NCBI GenBank assembly: GCA_001179505.1
Contig: CDMY01000282.1
Coordinates: 72,556 to 136,555 of the forward strand
Length of the DNA: 64,000 bases
Source: Vitrella brassicaformis CCMP3155
Lineage: Eukaryota; Protista; Chromerida
Direction of reading: 5' to 3'
The position numbers were made by a program, and so were the translations under genes. Positions 63,244-64,000 of the stretch are shown here, in pieces. The notes under the pieces were generated by a model. The model ran no database searches. It was not told the DNA's origin and worked only from the letters and a program-made list of their open reading frames with translations. Positions within the stretch are counted from its first letter, which is position 1. The number at the start of each line of letters is the position of its first letter.

Positions 63244-64000
63244 ATGACGGAGCCGAACGGGGCTGGCGGTAGCGGTGCGGTGGTGCGTCCCGCCTTCTGC
63301 ACACTGGGCAATCCGGTCGACGCCTCCACCAACCTGTTCAGCCTCAAGGTGGACGAGTCGGTCAAGATCCAGGTGTACGCCGTCAACATCACGCCGCCCA
63401 TCACCAATGTCAGCGAGGTGCGCAAGGTCATCTACAACGCCCAGGAACCGGTACTGTGACACACACACGCACACACAAAGAGGGATGATGGGATGAATGG
63501 AGGGGTGTGATGGTCATGGATGGTGTGGTGTGGTGTGGTGTGTGCAGATTCTGAACGCGTTGGTTGCTGATGGTGCGAAGGTCGGGGCCATCCTGCATCA
63601 GGGCATGAACCTCTTCGTGACCTTGCCGCACAGCCTGACGCCCAACCAGACCGTGTCGGTCGACTCAACCATCCAGGGCAACTCGCAGACGGTAAGTGAC
63701 ACACTCACACAGACAGACGGGAGGGGAGGGTGGGGATGGATGGATGGGCCCATCCGGCCATGTCATTGGTGTGTGGTGTGGTGTGGTGTGGCGTGGTGTG
63801 GTGTGGTGTGGTGTGGTGTGCAGTTTTCGATTCAGTTGGCGTTCAAGCACGACCTGGTGCTGCGCGGTGGCGATCTCGAGCAGGAGGCCATCCAGTACAT
63901 GAACGTAGCCCTCAAGAAGGCTCTCAGGGCCAGCTGCACATGGAGTTCATCGGGCGTCACGGGTTCCTCACCAACATGTGCAGCGAGCGTGCGCCCGAGC
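63244..64000 (+). CDS. AGO: Argonaute/PIWI-family protein, N-terminal part only (runs off the window), with an apparent frameshift near 63929
   Basis: RPAFCTLGNPVDASTNLFSL..IQVYAVNITPP matches the Argonaute N-terminal RPxxGxxGxxvxlxtNxF..YxVxIxP pattern. The later EAIQYMNVALKKALR / LHMEFIGRHGF matches the L1-proximal Q..N.....l..iGR.f motif. Confidence 0.72.

Noticed and set aside
1-64000. CRISPR arrays, rRNA, tRNA and prokaryotic operon-type systems
   Set aside because: No regularly spaced direct repeats with unique spacers and no recognisable structural RNA motifs. The DNA is intron-rich and eukaryotic.

Overview
Eukaryotic, GC-rich, very intron-dense genomic DNA. The short introns packed with (CA)n/(TG)n, (CAGA)n and (CCAT)n repeats, the TLDc-domain tandem, a signal peptide plus Phe-started plastid-type leader and TTTAGGG repeats point to a chromerid alveolate such as Vitrella brassicaformis (inference, not verified). 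About 15 multi-exon genes were reconstructed by eye, so coordinates are gene spans, not exon lists. They are: RPA1 (runs off the left edge), a degenerate type II pantothenate kinase, a large coiled-coil protein with Sec16-like motifs, a small secreted Cys-rich protein, a TFxP-motif protein, an ABCB half-transporter, a cytidine deaminase-like fusion, a triple-TLDc locus with an inserted ZZ finger, a CENP-B-type HTH gene, a CCCH-finger/ParB-like fusion, an unknown gene, an ABHD11-like hydrolase, a PMP34-like carrier, a membrane protein and the 5' end of an Argonaute/PIWI gene. The most notable signals are a dispersed 220-450 bp element that sits in three separate divergent-promoter intervals and appears to supply start codons, 5'-(CA)n / 3'-(UG)n polarity in introns that could pair across splice sites, and a ~9.7 kb gene-free block ahead of an Argonaute gene that carries an apparent 1-nt frameshift. 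No rRNA, tRNA or CRISPR array was recognised. There are two 300-N gaps.
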